The notes under the pieces were generated by a model, which saw nothing but the letters and a program-made list of their open reading frames with translations, was not told where the DNA came from and searched no databases. DNA of 64,000 nucleotides from positions 1-64,000 of the IMG/VR virus record IMGVR_UViG_3300037575_000021, one strand, 5' to 3'. The translations under genes and the position numbers were made by a program. Shown here piece after piece: positions 56,377 to 64,000 of this stretch (position 1 is its first letter; each line of letters opens with the position of its first letter). This DNA is from a virus.

Positions 56377-56826
56377 TCAGAATTCTAGGTTTAGTGGTAC
56401 ATGGAAGCTCACACCGACTAGAGACTTAGGGATGTACATAAAACGGGTGCTTAAGTAGGTGCTTACGGGTACAGTGTAGGACAAATGGGGGAAGGCTAGT
56501 ATTCTTTCATGGTTATATTTTACGTACCCAGTGGCTAGGGCTAGGCCTGCCTTAAGTTCACCATATTTACTTTTATGGAGTCCATATTCTTTACCTAGGT
56601 AGAATGACTCCTCGCATACTGTGTTTTTATACCTTCCGAATGAGTACCCATTGTAAGTGACGCCTATTAGGTTGTGGGTCTCGTTGAAGCAATCATCTCC
56701 TATTTCTTCTTTTACATAACTTCTATGACCTGACCATAAGCCTAGGTCAATTCCAAACCCCTCTAATTCATAAGATAGGGATGGTAGTGAGAATAGTGAA
56801 GCTAGAACAAATAGGTAGTATTTCAT
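56377..56826 (-). CDS. Secreted small beta-barrel outer-membrane-like protein
   Basis: Signal peptide; C-terminal Phe; paralog of 35883-36302. Confidence 0.65.
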   Translation of the reverse strand: MKYYLFVLASLFSLPSLSYELEGFGIDLGLWSGHRSYVKEEIGDDCFNETHNLIGVTYNGYSFGRYKNTVCEESFYLGKEYGLHKSKYGELKAGLALATGYVKYNHERILAFPHLSYTVPVSTYLSTRFMYIPKSLVGVSFHVPLNLEF

Positions 56827-56930
56827 TATTGCTTACCTTTGTTTAAGTGTCTGTATAGAAGTTCGCCTAAAAAACAACCTAATCCGAAAACTATCAGCGC
56901 CAATGCTAATACTACTGAGACTAAGGCCAT
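56826..56930 (-). CDS. 34-aa membrane micropeptide
   Basis: GAGGA RBS; MALVSVVLALALIVFGLGCFLG...; TAATG coupling to the next gene. Confidence 0.65.
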   Translation of the reverse strand: MALVSVVLALALIVFGLGCFLGELLYRHLNKGKQ

Positions 56931-56942
56931 GTTTAATTCCTC

Positions 56943-57017
56943 TTATTGGAATACTGCCAATGCAGCGAATCCAGCAAAGCTAAAAGAGATAATTTCACCA
57001 ATGATTAGTAATTCCAT
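56943..57017 (-). CDS. 24-aa hydrophobic micropeptide
   Basis: GGGAG RBS; MELLIIGEIISFSFAGFAALAVFQ. Confidence 0.55.
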   Translation of the reverse strand: MELLIIGEIISFSFAGFAALAVFQ

Positions 57018-57030
57018 GGTATCTACTCCC

Positions 57031-57105
57031 TTAAGCTGCTAGGCAAAGTGCACAAGTAACGATCACTGGAAGGTAGATGAATTTGAAAGCGAATGAAGTG
57101 GCCAT
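57031..57105 (-). CDS. 24-aa hydrophobic micropeptide
   Basis: AAGGA RBS; MATSFAFKFIYLPVIVTCALCLAA; promoter just upstream. Confidence 0.55.
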   Translation of the reverse strand: MATSFAFKFIYLPVIVTCALCLAA

Positions 57106-57190
57106 GTGGGCGATTCCTTTTGTTTGTTGAATGTCTATAATTCAATAATAAAGCATCCTACTTTAAAGTCAAACATTTTGTTTAATATTA

Positions 57191-57421
57191 TTATGATTTT
57201 TTAAGGTTTATTTGGAACTTCTCTAATGTCTCCAATTCTTTAGGGCTTACTGTCATAATGTGGCCATTTACTAGGGCTATCCAGTAGCACCTATCAATCA
57301 ATCCTTTGACTCTTTGGCAGATATTGGAGGTGTACCCCAAATCCTTACCAAAATTGGTCACTTTCCCATGTCCTTGGTAATTCTTGTTAAGGTAAGCCTG
57401 TACCCTCATTAGTCGAATCAT
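57191..57421 (-). CDS. Hypothetical protein
   Basis: GAGGT RBS. Confidence 0.6.
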   Translation of the reverse strand: MIRLMRVQAYLNKNYQGHGKVTNFGKDLGYTSNICQRVKGLIDRCYWIALVNGHIMTVSPKELETLEKFQINLKKS

Positions 57422-57510
57422 ATTTAATACCTCAAATAAAAAAGGGGCTGGTAGTTGTCAGGGAGAGAACCAGCCCCTAAGTAATGGCCCACATGGCCAA
57501 ACCTTAAAAT

Positions 57511-57786
57511 TTATTTAAACTTAATACGGTCTTTATTAGCTTCGATTGTTTTAGGCCCAATGCGGTAAACCTTATCAAAATCCTCAAAAGTTTTAAAAGG
57601 ACCATTCTTTTCACGGTATTGCACGATTGCCTTAGCAGTCTTAGGGCCAATACGCTCTAGTGTGTCTAATTGCTCAACCGTTGCCGTGTTTACATTTACT
57701 GGGCCATCCTCAGCAAATACAGGGTTAAAGATTAGGCTTGATAGCACAAGCACAAGGCCAGAAAGTAATACATTAAGTTTTTTCAT
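57511..57786 (-). CDS. comEA: ComEA-like exported helix-hairpin-helix DNA-binding protein
   Basis: Signal peptide; VNVNTAT.EQL..L..IGPKTAKAIVQYREKNGPF...V..IGPKT. Confidence 0.9.
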   Translation of the reverse strand: MKKLNVLLSGLVLVLSSLIFNPVFAEDGPVNVNTATVEQLDTLERIGPKTAKAIVQYREKNGPFKTFEDFDKVYRIGPKTIEANKDRIKFK

Positions 57787-57893
57787 GGTTTAGTTTCCTA
57801 TTTTGGTTTGAATTGGGCCAGTTTCCCGCCCCGTCACTTTCAATATAGGACACCCCAAAGTTAAAGCAAGTAAATTTGTTTAAATTTTTAAAA

Positions 57894-58508
57894 TTATTTA
57901 TCAATTAGCTTTGTCACTAGCTCTGTATGCTCAAAAGCTAGTTCTCCCGTGAGCTTATGCATATTACTGTTAGGGGTTAATAACACTAGCGTGCATAGCC
58001 AATCGGTGCCCTGAGAGTTAGGCCCTAGGTTCTTGGTCAATTCCCTACAGTATTTTTCGTTGTACTCAGGCTCTATTGAGTTAGTCCTATGGAATCCAAA
58101 CAGGCTAGTTCTATACGCTTCCCTTTCTTTAAAGTTTGTGTATATCACTAGGCAGCTAGAAAGGCATTGACCCTCAGGGGCAACCCTTACAGGTAGACCA
58201 GTATTAGAGAGTAGTTCAGCTATTCGCCTAGCCTCGTTTATTGACCCTCCTATTGAGTCTATTTGTATTACATCTATTTCACTGGTTAGGCCCTTCTCTA
58301 ACTTATCCTTAATCCTCTTATATGTTCCTTTCTTTATTTCACCTATGGGGATATTAAGAATGTTGCCATTCCCTCTAAAGTCTGGCTCTAATTTCTCAGG
58401 TGTGAAGTAAGGAACTTTAAACCGACCCCCTTTATATTCAGGGAAAGGATTAACTATTATCACCCCAACGAATAGAGCCGCTAGTAAGTTCTCTAAGGTC
58501 TCGTTCAT
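57894..58508 (-). CDS. Membrane-anchored ClpP/crotonase-like protein
   Basis: IDSIGG, CLSSC and FGFH motifs; N-terminal hydrophobic segment. Confidence 0.65.
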   Translation of the reverse strand: MNETLENLLAALFVGVIIVNPFPEYKGGRFKVPYFTPEKLEPDFRGNGNILNIPIGEIKKGTYKRIKDKLEKGLTSEIDVIQIDSIGGSINEARRIAELLSNTGLPVRVAPEGQCLSSCLVIYTNFKEREAYRTSLFGFHRTNSIEPEYNEKYCRELTKNLGPNSQGTDWLCTLVLLTPNSNMHKLTGELAFEHTELVTKLIDK

Positions 58509-58958
58509 CTGGTACTGCCTCTAATTTCCGAACCCTTTAATGATAGCCTATTAGCCTATATTGACTAAAAATTAAGCAAAATGACAAGGGATTGACATTA
58601 ATTAGCGCCCTATGACTAAAGTCAGATAAAAATACATAAAAAGTGTCAAAAAGGTGTTGCAAGTTAGAACGAGCCACTTTATAGTTACAAACAACAAAAC
58701 GGAATAAGGAACTAATCCAAGCAATACGGAAATTATAAGAAGTACGGAAGCGGTCTAGCCCAATCGATAAACTAATTAAGAACAAATACCAAATAAAAAT
58801 AGTTCGCAGTTAGTTTTAATTTCCAAACTTAAAAACGCTTATCAATTAGCTTTGTGTTTCAAGAATGCGAATGACTATCATTTATCTTTCTAGATGCAAA
58901 CGCTTCTCACTCAGGAACCATTCCTGATCCTGTATAAAAACGGAAGTCAAACTCTCAG

Positions 58959-59030
58959 ATGAAAAAGTCAATTGGGTTCGAAAATTTACGTCAACTTTTC
59001 AAATGAAAAAGCCAATTGGGTTCAAAAATT
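58959..59030 (+). repeat. Degenerate two-copy 44-bp repeat related to the 46-bp array
   Basis: ATGAAAAAG(T/C)CAATTGGGTTC(G/A)AAAATT at 58959 and 59003. Confidence 0.65.
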
Positions 59031-59150
59031 CTCAAATGTTAAAACCACCCATCTGGTTATTATAGATGAGCAAGAGCCTCCATTATTGCTTTCCCTTCTG
59101 CCACTCTTCCACCGTATCTATAATAAGGTGATTTGGTGGGGTGTCAAGCT

Positions 59151-59555
59151 TTAAAGGTAGATAATCTCTTGATTATATTCAATTGTTCTAGTTATAGGAT
59201 TATATAGGAAATTGCTTGTTAGTGGGTTGGTGCCTAGTTCAGTCTCTATACATCCGTATAGGTCAGAAAATTCTAGCAAGGGCTCTAATAGCTTATCATG
59301 CTTAGGCCTCCAAAACATATTCCTTTCCCTATCATTACATAGTAAGGTGAAAAAGTCCACACCTTCGGATATAAAGGTAAATGTGCCCATTCCGCTAACG
59401 TACTCTAGGCGTCTCTTGGGGAACCTTCCAGCCCAGTACTTAAAGACATCTAGTAGGGCACTGTCTAATTGCCTCATTATGTCCTTGTGTAGCCTCTCAT
59501 TCTGGGCTTTGATATTCTGTAGGATTGCTTCCTTCATAGTGCACCCCCTAGGCAA
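59151..59555 (-). CDS. Hypothetical protein
   Basis: Minus-strand block; coupled. Confidence 0.6.
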   Translation of the reverse strand: MPRGCTMKEAILQNIKAQNERLHKDIMRQLDSALLDVFKYWAGRFPKRRLEYVSGMGTFTFISEGVDFFTLLCNDRERNMFWRPKHDKLLEPLLEFSDLYGCIETELGTNPLTSNFLYNPITRTIEYNQEIIYL

Positions 59556-59806
59556 GCTGAAGAGATAAGGCCCCTAAATGAATCGGTTTGGCCATAGCCT
59601 GACCATGCTAGAAGGTGCTCTTTAATGTTTCTCCCTGTCTGGTCTACAATGATTAAACCTTGTGTTGTATTGCGTACAGCTAGGAAGGCATGACCTTTGC
59701 GGTTAAGTACATGTTCAATTCCCTGTTTTCTAGCCTTCACAATAGCTTTAAGAAGGTTAGCCTTAACGGTTCTGTTCATGTGGGAGCGGTTGAAAGCAAA
59801 AGCCAT
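59534..59806 (-). CDS. Hypothetical protein
   Basis: AAGGA RBS; own promoter. Confidence 0.65.
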   Translation of the reverse strand: MAFAFNRSHMNRTVKANLLKAIVKARKQGIEHVLNRKGHAFLAVRNTTQGLIIVDQTGRNIKEHLLAWSGYGQTDSFRGLISSACLGGAL

Positions 59807-59845
59807 GATTTTAGTCCTTTGTTGGTTTGTTTAGCTTATGGGGTA

Positions 59846-59874
59846 ATGATAAAGGCCCACTAGGGGCCTGTCAA
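59846..59874 (-). promoter_or_regulatory. Sigma70 promoter with hairpin spacer
   Basis: TTGACA-GGCCCCTAGTGGGCCTT-TATCAT. Confidence 0.75.
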
Positions 59875-59883
59875 TAGTTTATT

Positions 59884-60171
59884 TTAGATTTTGTTTAAAT
59901 CTTCTAGGTCTAATTCAATGCATATATGTGTGGTGCTTGCCTCTACCCACTTATCAGTGCAACGCATACCACGGGGTAAGGTGTGCTCTAGCTTCCGTAC
60001 AAGGTGTTTGTACTTATAGCTAATGGGTTGGCCTGCCATTTGCTTGATGGCGCGCTTACGTTGTCTAGAGTACTCAGCAAAAGGGTTATATTGCCCCCTG
60101 TGAAGGTGTAGGTGCAATAAGTGGGTTTGAGAGGCTTTTGATTGTTTCATGCTCATAATAGGAACCATCAA
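59884..60171 (-). CDS. Hypothetical protein
   Basis: Downstream of a hairpin promoter. Confidence 0.55.
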   Translation of the reverse strand: MMVPIMSMKQSKASQTHLLHLHLHRGQYNPFAEYSRQRKRAIKQMAGQPISYKYKHLVRKLEHTLPRGMRCTDKWVEASTTHICIELDLEDLNKI

Positions 60172-60201
60172 CTAATTGGACTTTATGTTTAAGAGGGGGT
60201 A

Positions 60202-60230
60202 ATAATAAAGGCCCCTTCGGGCCTTGTCAA
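60202..60230 (-). promoter_or_regulatory. Sigma70 promoter with hairpin spacer
   Basis: TTGACA-AGGCCCGAAGGGGCCTT-TATTAT. Confidence 0.75.
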
Positions 60231-60553
60231 GGGTTTATCTCCCTTAACCTAAAACTAGGGCGCGGGTCGTTTAACTTCCATCCTGAATTATTACCGCCAA
60301 CTTTAAACAAGGCCCTTTTGGGGGCTGCATTAATCATTTGGTACTTACTGCGCCCTATAACCCCTTTGTGGGACTCAATCCCAAGCGCTACCCCGTGATC
60401 GATATAGACAATAGTATAGGTAGTCTCGTTAAAACTTCCTACATTATTTGCATAAATACGCCCAACCTCTAAATCCCTAGCCGTATCAAATTGGGAATAA
60501 TATTCCTCAAATGTGCACAAGCCGTCTAGTGCGTTACTATAAGTGAACCGCAT
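60227..60553 (-). CDS. Hypothetical protein
   Basis: Coupled ORF. Confidence 0.6.
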   Translation of the reverse strand: MRFTYSNALDGLCTFEEYYSQFDTARDLEVGRIYANNVGSFNETTYTIVYIDHGVALGIESHKGVIGRSKYQMINAAPKRALFKVGGNNSGWKLNDPRPSFRLREINP

Positions 60554-60554
60554 T

Positions 60555-60806
60555 TTAGAAATCCTCTATATTGAGGGCACTGTATGACAATTGGTAGCAA
60601 GTGCCTTGTGAATCGTCTAGGTCGTTGGTCTCTGAATGGCCTATATTTTGATAGTCATTAGGGACTAAAGAACTAGCGCCCTCTTTGCTTAGGGCCTTTT
60701 CGTACTCCTGCCATGTTTCCACCTCTTTAGGCGTTAACTGACTGGTGTTACCGTCAAAGATTGCATTTAGGTATTTTTTAGGGACTACACGTTTTAGAAT
60801 TGCCAT
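60555..60806 (-). CDS. Hypothetical protein
   Basis: GAGGA RBS. Confidence 0.6.
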   Translation of the reverse strand: MAILKRVVPKKYLNAIFDGNTSQLTPKEVETWQEYEKALSKEGASSLVPNDYQNIGHSETNDLDDSQGTCYQLSYSALNIEDF

Positions 60807-60998
60807 GGCTCTATTATCCTCTGTGATTCACGTCACAATTATTTTCATTCCACTCATAAGTGGATTTTGGGGTTTGGGTTGGTTTGTTAGCTTTGCGGTC
60901 TCTAGCTCGCTTTAGGGCGGCTTCTTGACGTTTGGTAGCTTTTGATTTGAAAATGCACATTGTTTGGTTCTCGTTGGTTCGTTTCAAAGTATGTACAC

Positions 60999-61027
60999 AT
61001 AATAAAGGCCCACTAGGGGCCTGTCAA
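60999..61027 (-). promoter_or_regulatory. Sigma70 promoter with hairpin spacer
   Basis: TTGACA-GGCCCCTAGTGGGCCTT-TATTAT. Confidence 0.75.
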
Positions 61028-61035
61028 TAGATTAT

Positions 61036-61551
61036 TTAAAATAATTTAACTATTTTATTTTTCATATCTTCCCCTAAGTGGGTTAGTCCGTAGGAGCCAT
61101 TAGAGGCCTTTCTTTCAATATAGCCTCGACTCTCAAGAAGTGCCGCCCCTGTCTTGCTATGTATACCGAAGGCTTTTTCTGGGGCAAGGATGCAGGCTAT
61201 ACCACGGTAGCCGTAATCAGTGGCGAATTCTGAAGCAGTTAGGCGCTTTTCATTGCCCTTTTCTGGTTTTATATCACTTATGGGTGTCTGTCCCTCATCA
61301 TCTACAATTTGTTCAAGGGTAATAAAACCCCTGTTAGTGACTACACCAGCACAAACACCAGTTAAACTAAAACATGATTTCATGGTGTCGATAACCTCTA
61401 AGAGGTCAAAGGCCCCTGTAGTGTTTCCCCCTTCGTCAGTCACACAGTCCACAGTTGAAGGGGTAGTGTATACCGCATTTTCCTCTAGGGCTTCGTTATA
61501 GGTGCCATAGTCGCCAGTGTTAAACATTGAAATGTTGTAATAGGTGCTCAT
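61036..61551 (-). CDS. Hypothetical protein with possible winged-helix C-terminus
   Basis: AGGAGG RBS; LESRGYIER...YGLT..GE. Confidence 0.65.
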   Translation of the reverse strand: MSTYYNISMFNTGDYGTYNEALEENAVYTTPSTVDCVTDEGGNTTGAFDLLEVIDTMKSCFSLTGVCAGVVTNRGFITLEQIVDDEGQTPISDIKPEKGNEKRLTASEFATDYGYRGIACILAPEKAFGIHSKTGAALLESRGYIERKASNGSYGLTHLGEDMKNKIVKLF

Positions 61552-61562
61552 GGTTTACCCTC

Positions 61563-61709
61563 CTACAGGTAACGGTTTTGTTTGTTCTTACGGTTATCAC
61601 GGAAAAGCTTAGCAGCTTTACGTTGTTTCTTGCTCAAGTTTTTATGATTATTTGGATTATAATCTTCGTTCTCAATTTCTACAGTGTTTAAGTTTTGAGC
61701 GTTTTTCAT
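61563..61709 (-). CDS. Small basic protein (48 aa, MKNAQNLN...)
   Basis: AGGTG RBS; not in ORF track. Confidence 0.55.
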   Translation of the reverse strand: MKNAQNLNTVEIENEDYNPNNHKNLSKKQRKAAKLFRDNRKNKQNRYL

Positions 61710-61737
61710 ATAGTCACCTTTTTGGTTAGTGGTTTGT

Positions 61738-62007
61738 TTAGTGTGTTGTTATTTTAAGGAAGTTATCCTCAAGTGTTAACACTTTACCGTTATTTAATTC
61801 TAGTGTTTTTGCTTTTGATTGCTTCATAAGAGAAGCAACCCGAAAGACTGCGCCCAGTAGGTTATCAGTGTCAACGCCTTGACAATCTAGGTCAAAAACT
61901 GCCGTTTCCATTAGGCCCTTGGCGGTCTCTAGCTCGATCTTGGCGCACTCTAAAGAGTACGCCTTTTCGGCTTCTTTTTGGGCTTTTCTTTTACCGAAAC
62001 CAAACAT
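61738..62007 (-). CDS. Hypothetical protein
   Basis: TAATG coupling. Confidence 0.6.
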   Translation of the reverse strand: MFGFGKRKAQKEAEKAYSLECAKIELETAKGLMETAVFDLDCQGVDTDNLLGAVFRVASLMKQSKAKTLELNNGKVLTLEDNFLKITTH

Positions 62008-62717
62008 TATGCCGCCGCCTTATATTCATCTTCGCTTACTTCATAGCTAAGGCAATCAAAAGCAGCCTTTTGGATGCAGTGGTCTAGGGTAATGGATTGG
62101 CCACATGCTTGGCGTCCCCAATACTCATTATTTAGTGTCACTTCGTCTTTCAACCAGTACACAATGTCAGGGCATAGGAACCACTGATAAACCTCTGGGT
62201 AATGCTCATAACAATCTAGACTTTCTAACTCGTCAATAATGTCCTGCACCTCTTGGCGCTCATCATATAATTCGTCTGAAACTTCAGATAAAAATTCTTC
62301 GTAGTCCTCTATATATGTAGAGAAATCAATAGGGCCAGCCTTGCGGCGTTCTTCGTAAGACTCGACCCATAACTGGTGCAAATCGTCCTCATTATCAGGG
62401 TCAGGCATAGAGTCAAGTTTTTCTTGATACTCTTCTATTTTCTCGTCTCTTTCTTCCTCTGTTAGTTGGAAGTGCTCACCCTCTAGCTCAATTTCACCCC
62501 AGCTTTCATCTAGCCCACAATCTTCACGGGTAAAAGGTGCATCCTGCCCATGCTCTGTGTGTTCCATGCTTAAGATAAATTCAACCTCTGTGGTCATGTT
62601 GTAGCATTGGCGGGTTCTTACAAATTCATCGGCTATTTCTTGACGTTGGGAGCCATTTAGCTTATCGAAAGATTCAACATAAAGAACTGGCTTATTTGGT
62701 AGGTTGATTTTAAACAT
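62007..62717 (-). CDS. Highly acidic early-type protein
   Basis: Asp/Glu-rich core; EVYQWF...YWGRQ..GQSI.LD motif. Confidence 0.7.
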   Translation of the reverse strand: MFKINLPNKPVLYVESFDKLNGSQRQEIADEFVRTRQCYNMTTEVEFILSMEHTEHGQDAPFTREDCGLDESWGEIELEGEHFQLTEEERDEKIEEYQEKLDSMPDPDNEDDLHQLWVESYEERRKAGPIDFSTYIEDYEEFLSEVSDELYDERQEVQDIIDELESLDCYEHYPEVYQWFLCPDIVYWLKDEVTLNNEYWGRQACGQSITLDHCIQKAAFDCLSYEVSEDEYKAAA

Positions 62718-62755
62718 TTTGTTTACCTTTTAGGCTTTGCTTTGAATGTGTTTGT

Positions 62756-62784
62756 ATTGTGGCCCCTTAGTTGGGGCCTGTCAA
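62756..62784 (-). promoter_or_regulatory. Sigma70 promoter with hairpin spacer
   Basis: TTGACA-GGCCCCAACTAAGGGGC-CACAAT. Confidence 0.65.
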
Positions 62785-62798
62785 GGGTTTATTTTAAA

Positions 62799-63383
62799 TT
62801 ATTTTTCAATTTCTAAATGATCCCATTGCTCAGGGCAGCCTTTTATATTATCCCAACTAGATTGGTAATCATACTCATTTTCTAAGATTTTGTAGATATG
62901 TTTCATAAATTCTTTACAAGCAATAATCCAAAGGGATTCTGTAAAGTTCTCACTAACCCAACCGTAGGTATTTCTTGAGTCTTCAAAATCAAACACAGTA
63001 CAATTTTCATGTTGATAGTGCCCTGAATGTGACACTTTAAAAGTAATTGAGTAGAAATCTTGTTGGCTTAATCGTTGTAATCGTTCCGCTAGTTGGTGCA
63101 ATTCCTCCCATTCTGGGTACTCTTTTTTGATGCTAGCTAGTGCCCCCTTTTTGTACACGTAATTACCTGTAAAGTGTGCCCCGTCCCCTTGCGACCAAAA
63201 ACCAGAAAAGTTTATATTAACTTTTGAGAATCCTATACGCTCTAAAGCCTCTTTTATATTTTCAATAGTGCACCAGTACCAATCCTCAGTAAGAGCGAAT
63301 TTTTCTTGATTGGCTTCAAAGTATGCTTTTTGTTCTGATTTTGATAATTCAGAGAATTTATAAAAAGTGCGAGTGAGTGGCAT
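62799..63383 (-). CDS. Conserved phage early-type protein
   Basis: YKFSELS, FSGFWSQGDGA and IYK.LE.EYDY motifs. Confidence 0.7.
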   Translation of the reverse strand: MPLTRTFYKFSELSKSEQKAYFEANQEKFALTEDWYWCTIENIKEALERIGFSKVNINFSGFWSQGDGAHFTGNYVYKKGALASIKKEYPEWEELHQLAERLQRLSQQDFYSITFKVSHSGHYQHENCTVFDFEDSRNTYGWVSENFTESLWIIACKEFMKHIYKILENEYDYQSSWDNIKGCPEQWDHLEIEK

Positions 63384-63663
63384 AGCGGCCCCCTTTGGGC
63401 TTTGTGGTTAAGATGGTGATAAGTCTACATGATAGGGTTTAACTGTCAATACTTTTACAAAGTATTTTAAAATAATTTATAAACCAATTAGCCATATATA
63501 GAAGGAAGACTTTAATAAAAATAATTTCAGAAAGTACTTGCATTGTGTGGTGGCCCATGTACAATGGGAACCATAGAGGAAACGAGCGGGAACACAGAAA
63601 CCGGAGTACAAGGGTCAACCCTGCCTGTCGTTCTGGTTCTATAGGGAGAGTGATGCCAAGATC

Positions 63664-63878
63664 TGAAATGAAAATGCTAGACCGTTTCAAAAATTTTAAC
63701 GTCAAAGTTTGAAATGAAAATGCTAGACCGTTTCAAAAATTTTAACGTCAAAGTTTGAAATGAAAATGCTAGACCGTTTCAAAAATTTTAACGTCAAAGT
63801 TTGAAATGAAAATGCTAGACCATTTCAAAAATTTTAACGTCAAAGTTTGAAATGAAAATGCTAGACCATTTCAAAAAT
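63664..63878 (+). repeat. 46-bp tandem repeat (4 full copies plus one partial)
   Basis: TGAAATGAAAATGCTAGACC(G/A)TTTCAAAAATTTTAACGTCAAAGTT at 63664, 63710, 63756, 63802 and 63848. Confidence 0.95.
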
Positions 63879-64000
63879 CTAAGAGCTATTGCAACGGAAA
63901 CCACGAAGGGGTGCTGTAAAACCCTGTATTTATAGGCTTTTCTCGTGATTGCCACTCTCTAAGCTTAGCAATAATGTACAGACGGTAACCATTAATCGAT

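Noticed and set aside
60822-60837. Perfect CRP site TGTGA-N6-TCACA
   Set aside because: It lies at the end of a probable small ORF and is not positioned at a recognisable promoter; a single occurrence could be chance.
63664-63878. CRISPR array
   Set aside because: Units are contiguous and near-identical with no unique spacers; no cas genes.
1-64000. Prophage, integrase or recoded genetic code
   Set aside because: No integrase, repressor or host genes; long ORFs read normally in the standard code and no suppressor tRNA was found.

Overview
The whole window is a lytic, contractile-tailed (myovirus-type) dsDNA phage genome segment. Its gene order resembles Felix O1/Ounavirinae-type phages, and the host is probably a Gram-negative, possibly marine, gammaproteobacterium (inference). 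Layout: (1) 1-29840, minus strand: virion module with Ig-domain protein, tail fibres, baseplate, tape measure, a frameshifted tail chaperone, tube, sheath, neck, capsid, scaffold, protease, portal, TerL split by a group I intron carrying an HNH endonuclease, and TerS. (2) 29900-35200, minus strand: 24 tRNA genes covering all 20 amino acids, several tRNA-like oddities, and a Ro60/TROVE-vWA-like (DUF2828-type) gene. (3) 35880-54120, plus strand: macrodomain, RNR, phosphoesterase, a PRPP-synthetase-like plus NAMPT-like pair (NARP1-type), ACP, HD alarmone hydrolase, SLOG and membrane proteins. (4) 54120-64000: long non-coding tracts, minus-strand early-type genes with repeated hairpin-containing sigma70 promoters, envelope proteins (ComEA, beta-barrel, micropeptides) and a 46-bp tandem repeat. 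The best candidate for an undescribed system is at 34273-34716. There, four small RNAs share a covarying closing stem and an invariant CAGCAA motif but carry different tRNA-mimic cargo (two circularly permuted tRNAs and a tRNA-Lys(UUU) anticodon arm), directly upstream of the Ro60-like gene. All calls come from reading the sequence by eye; no searches were run.
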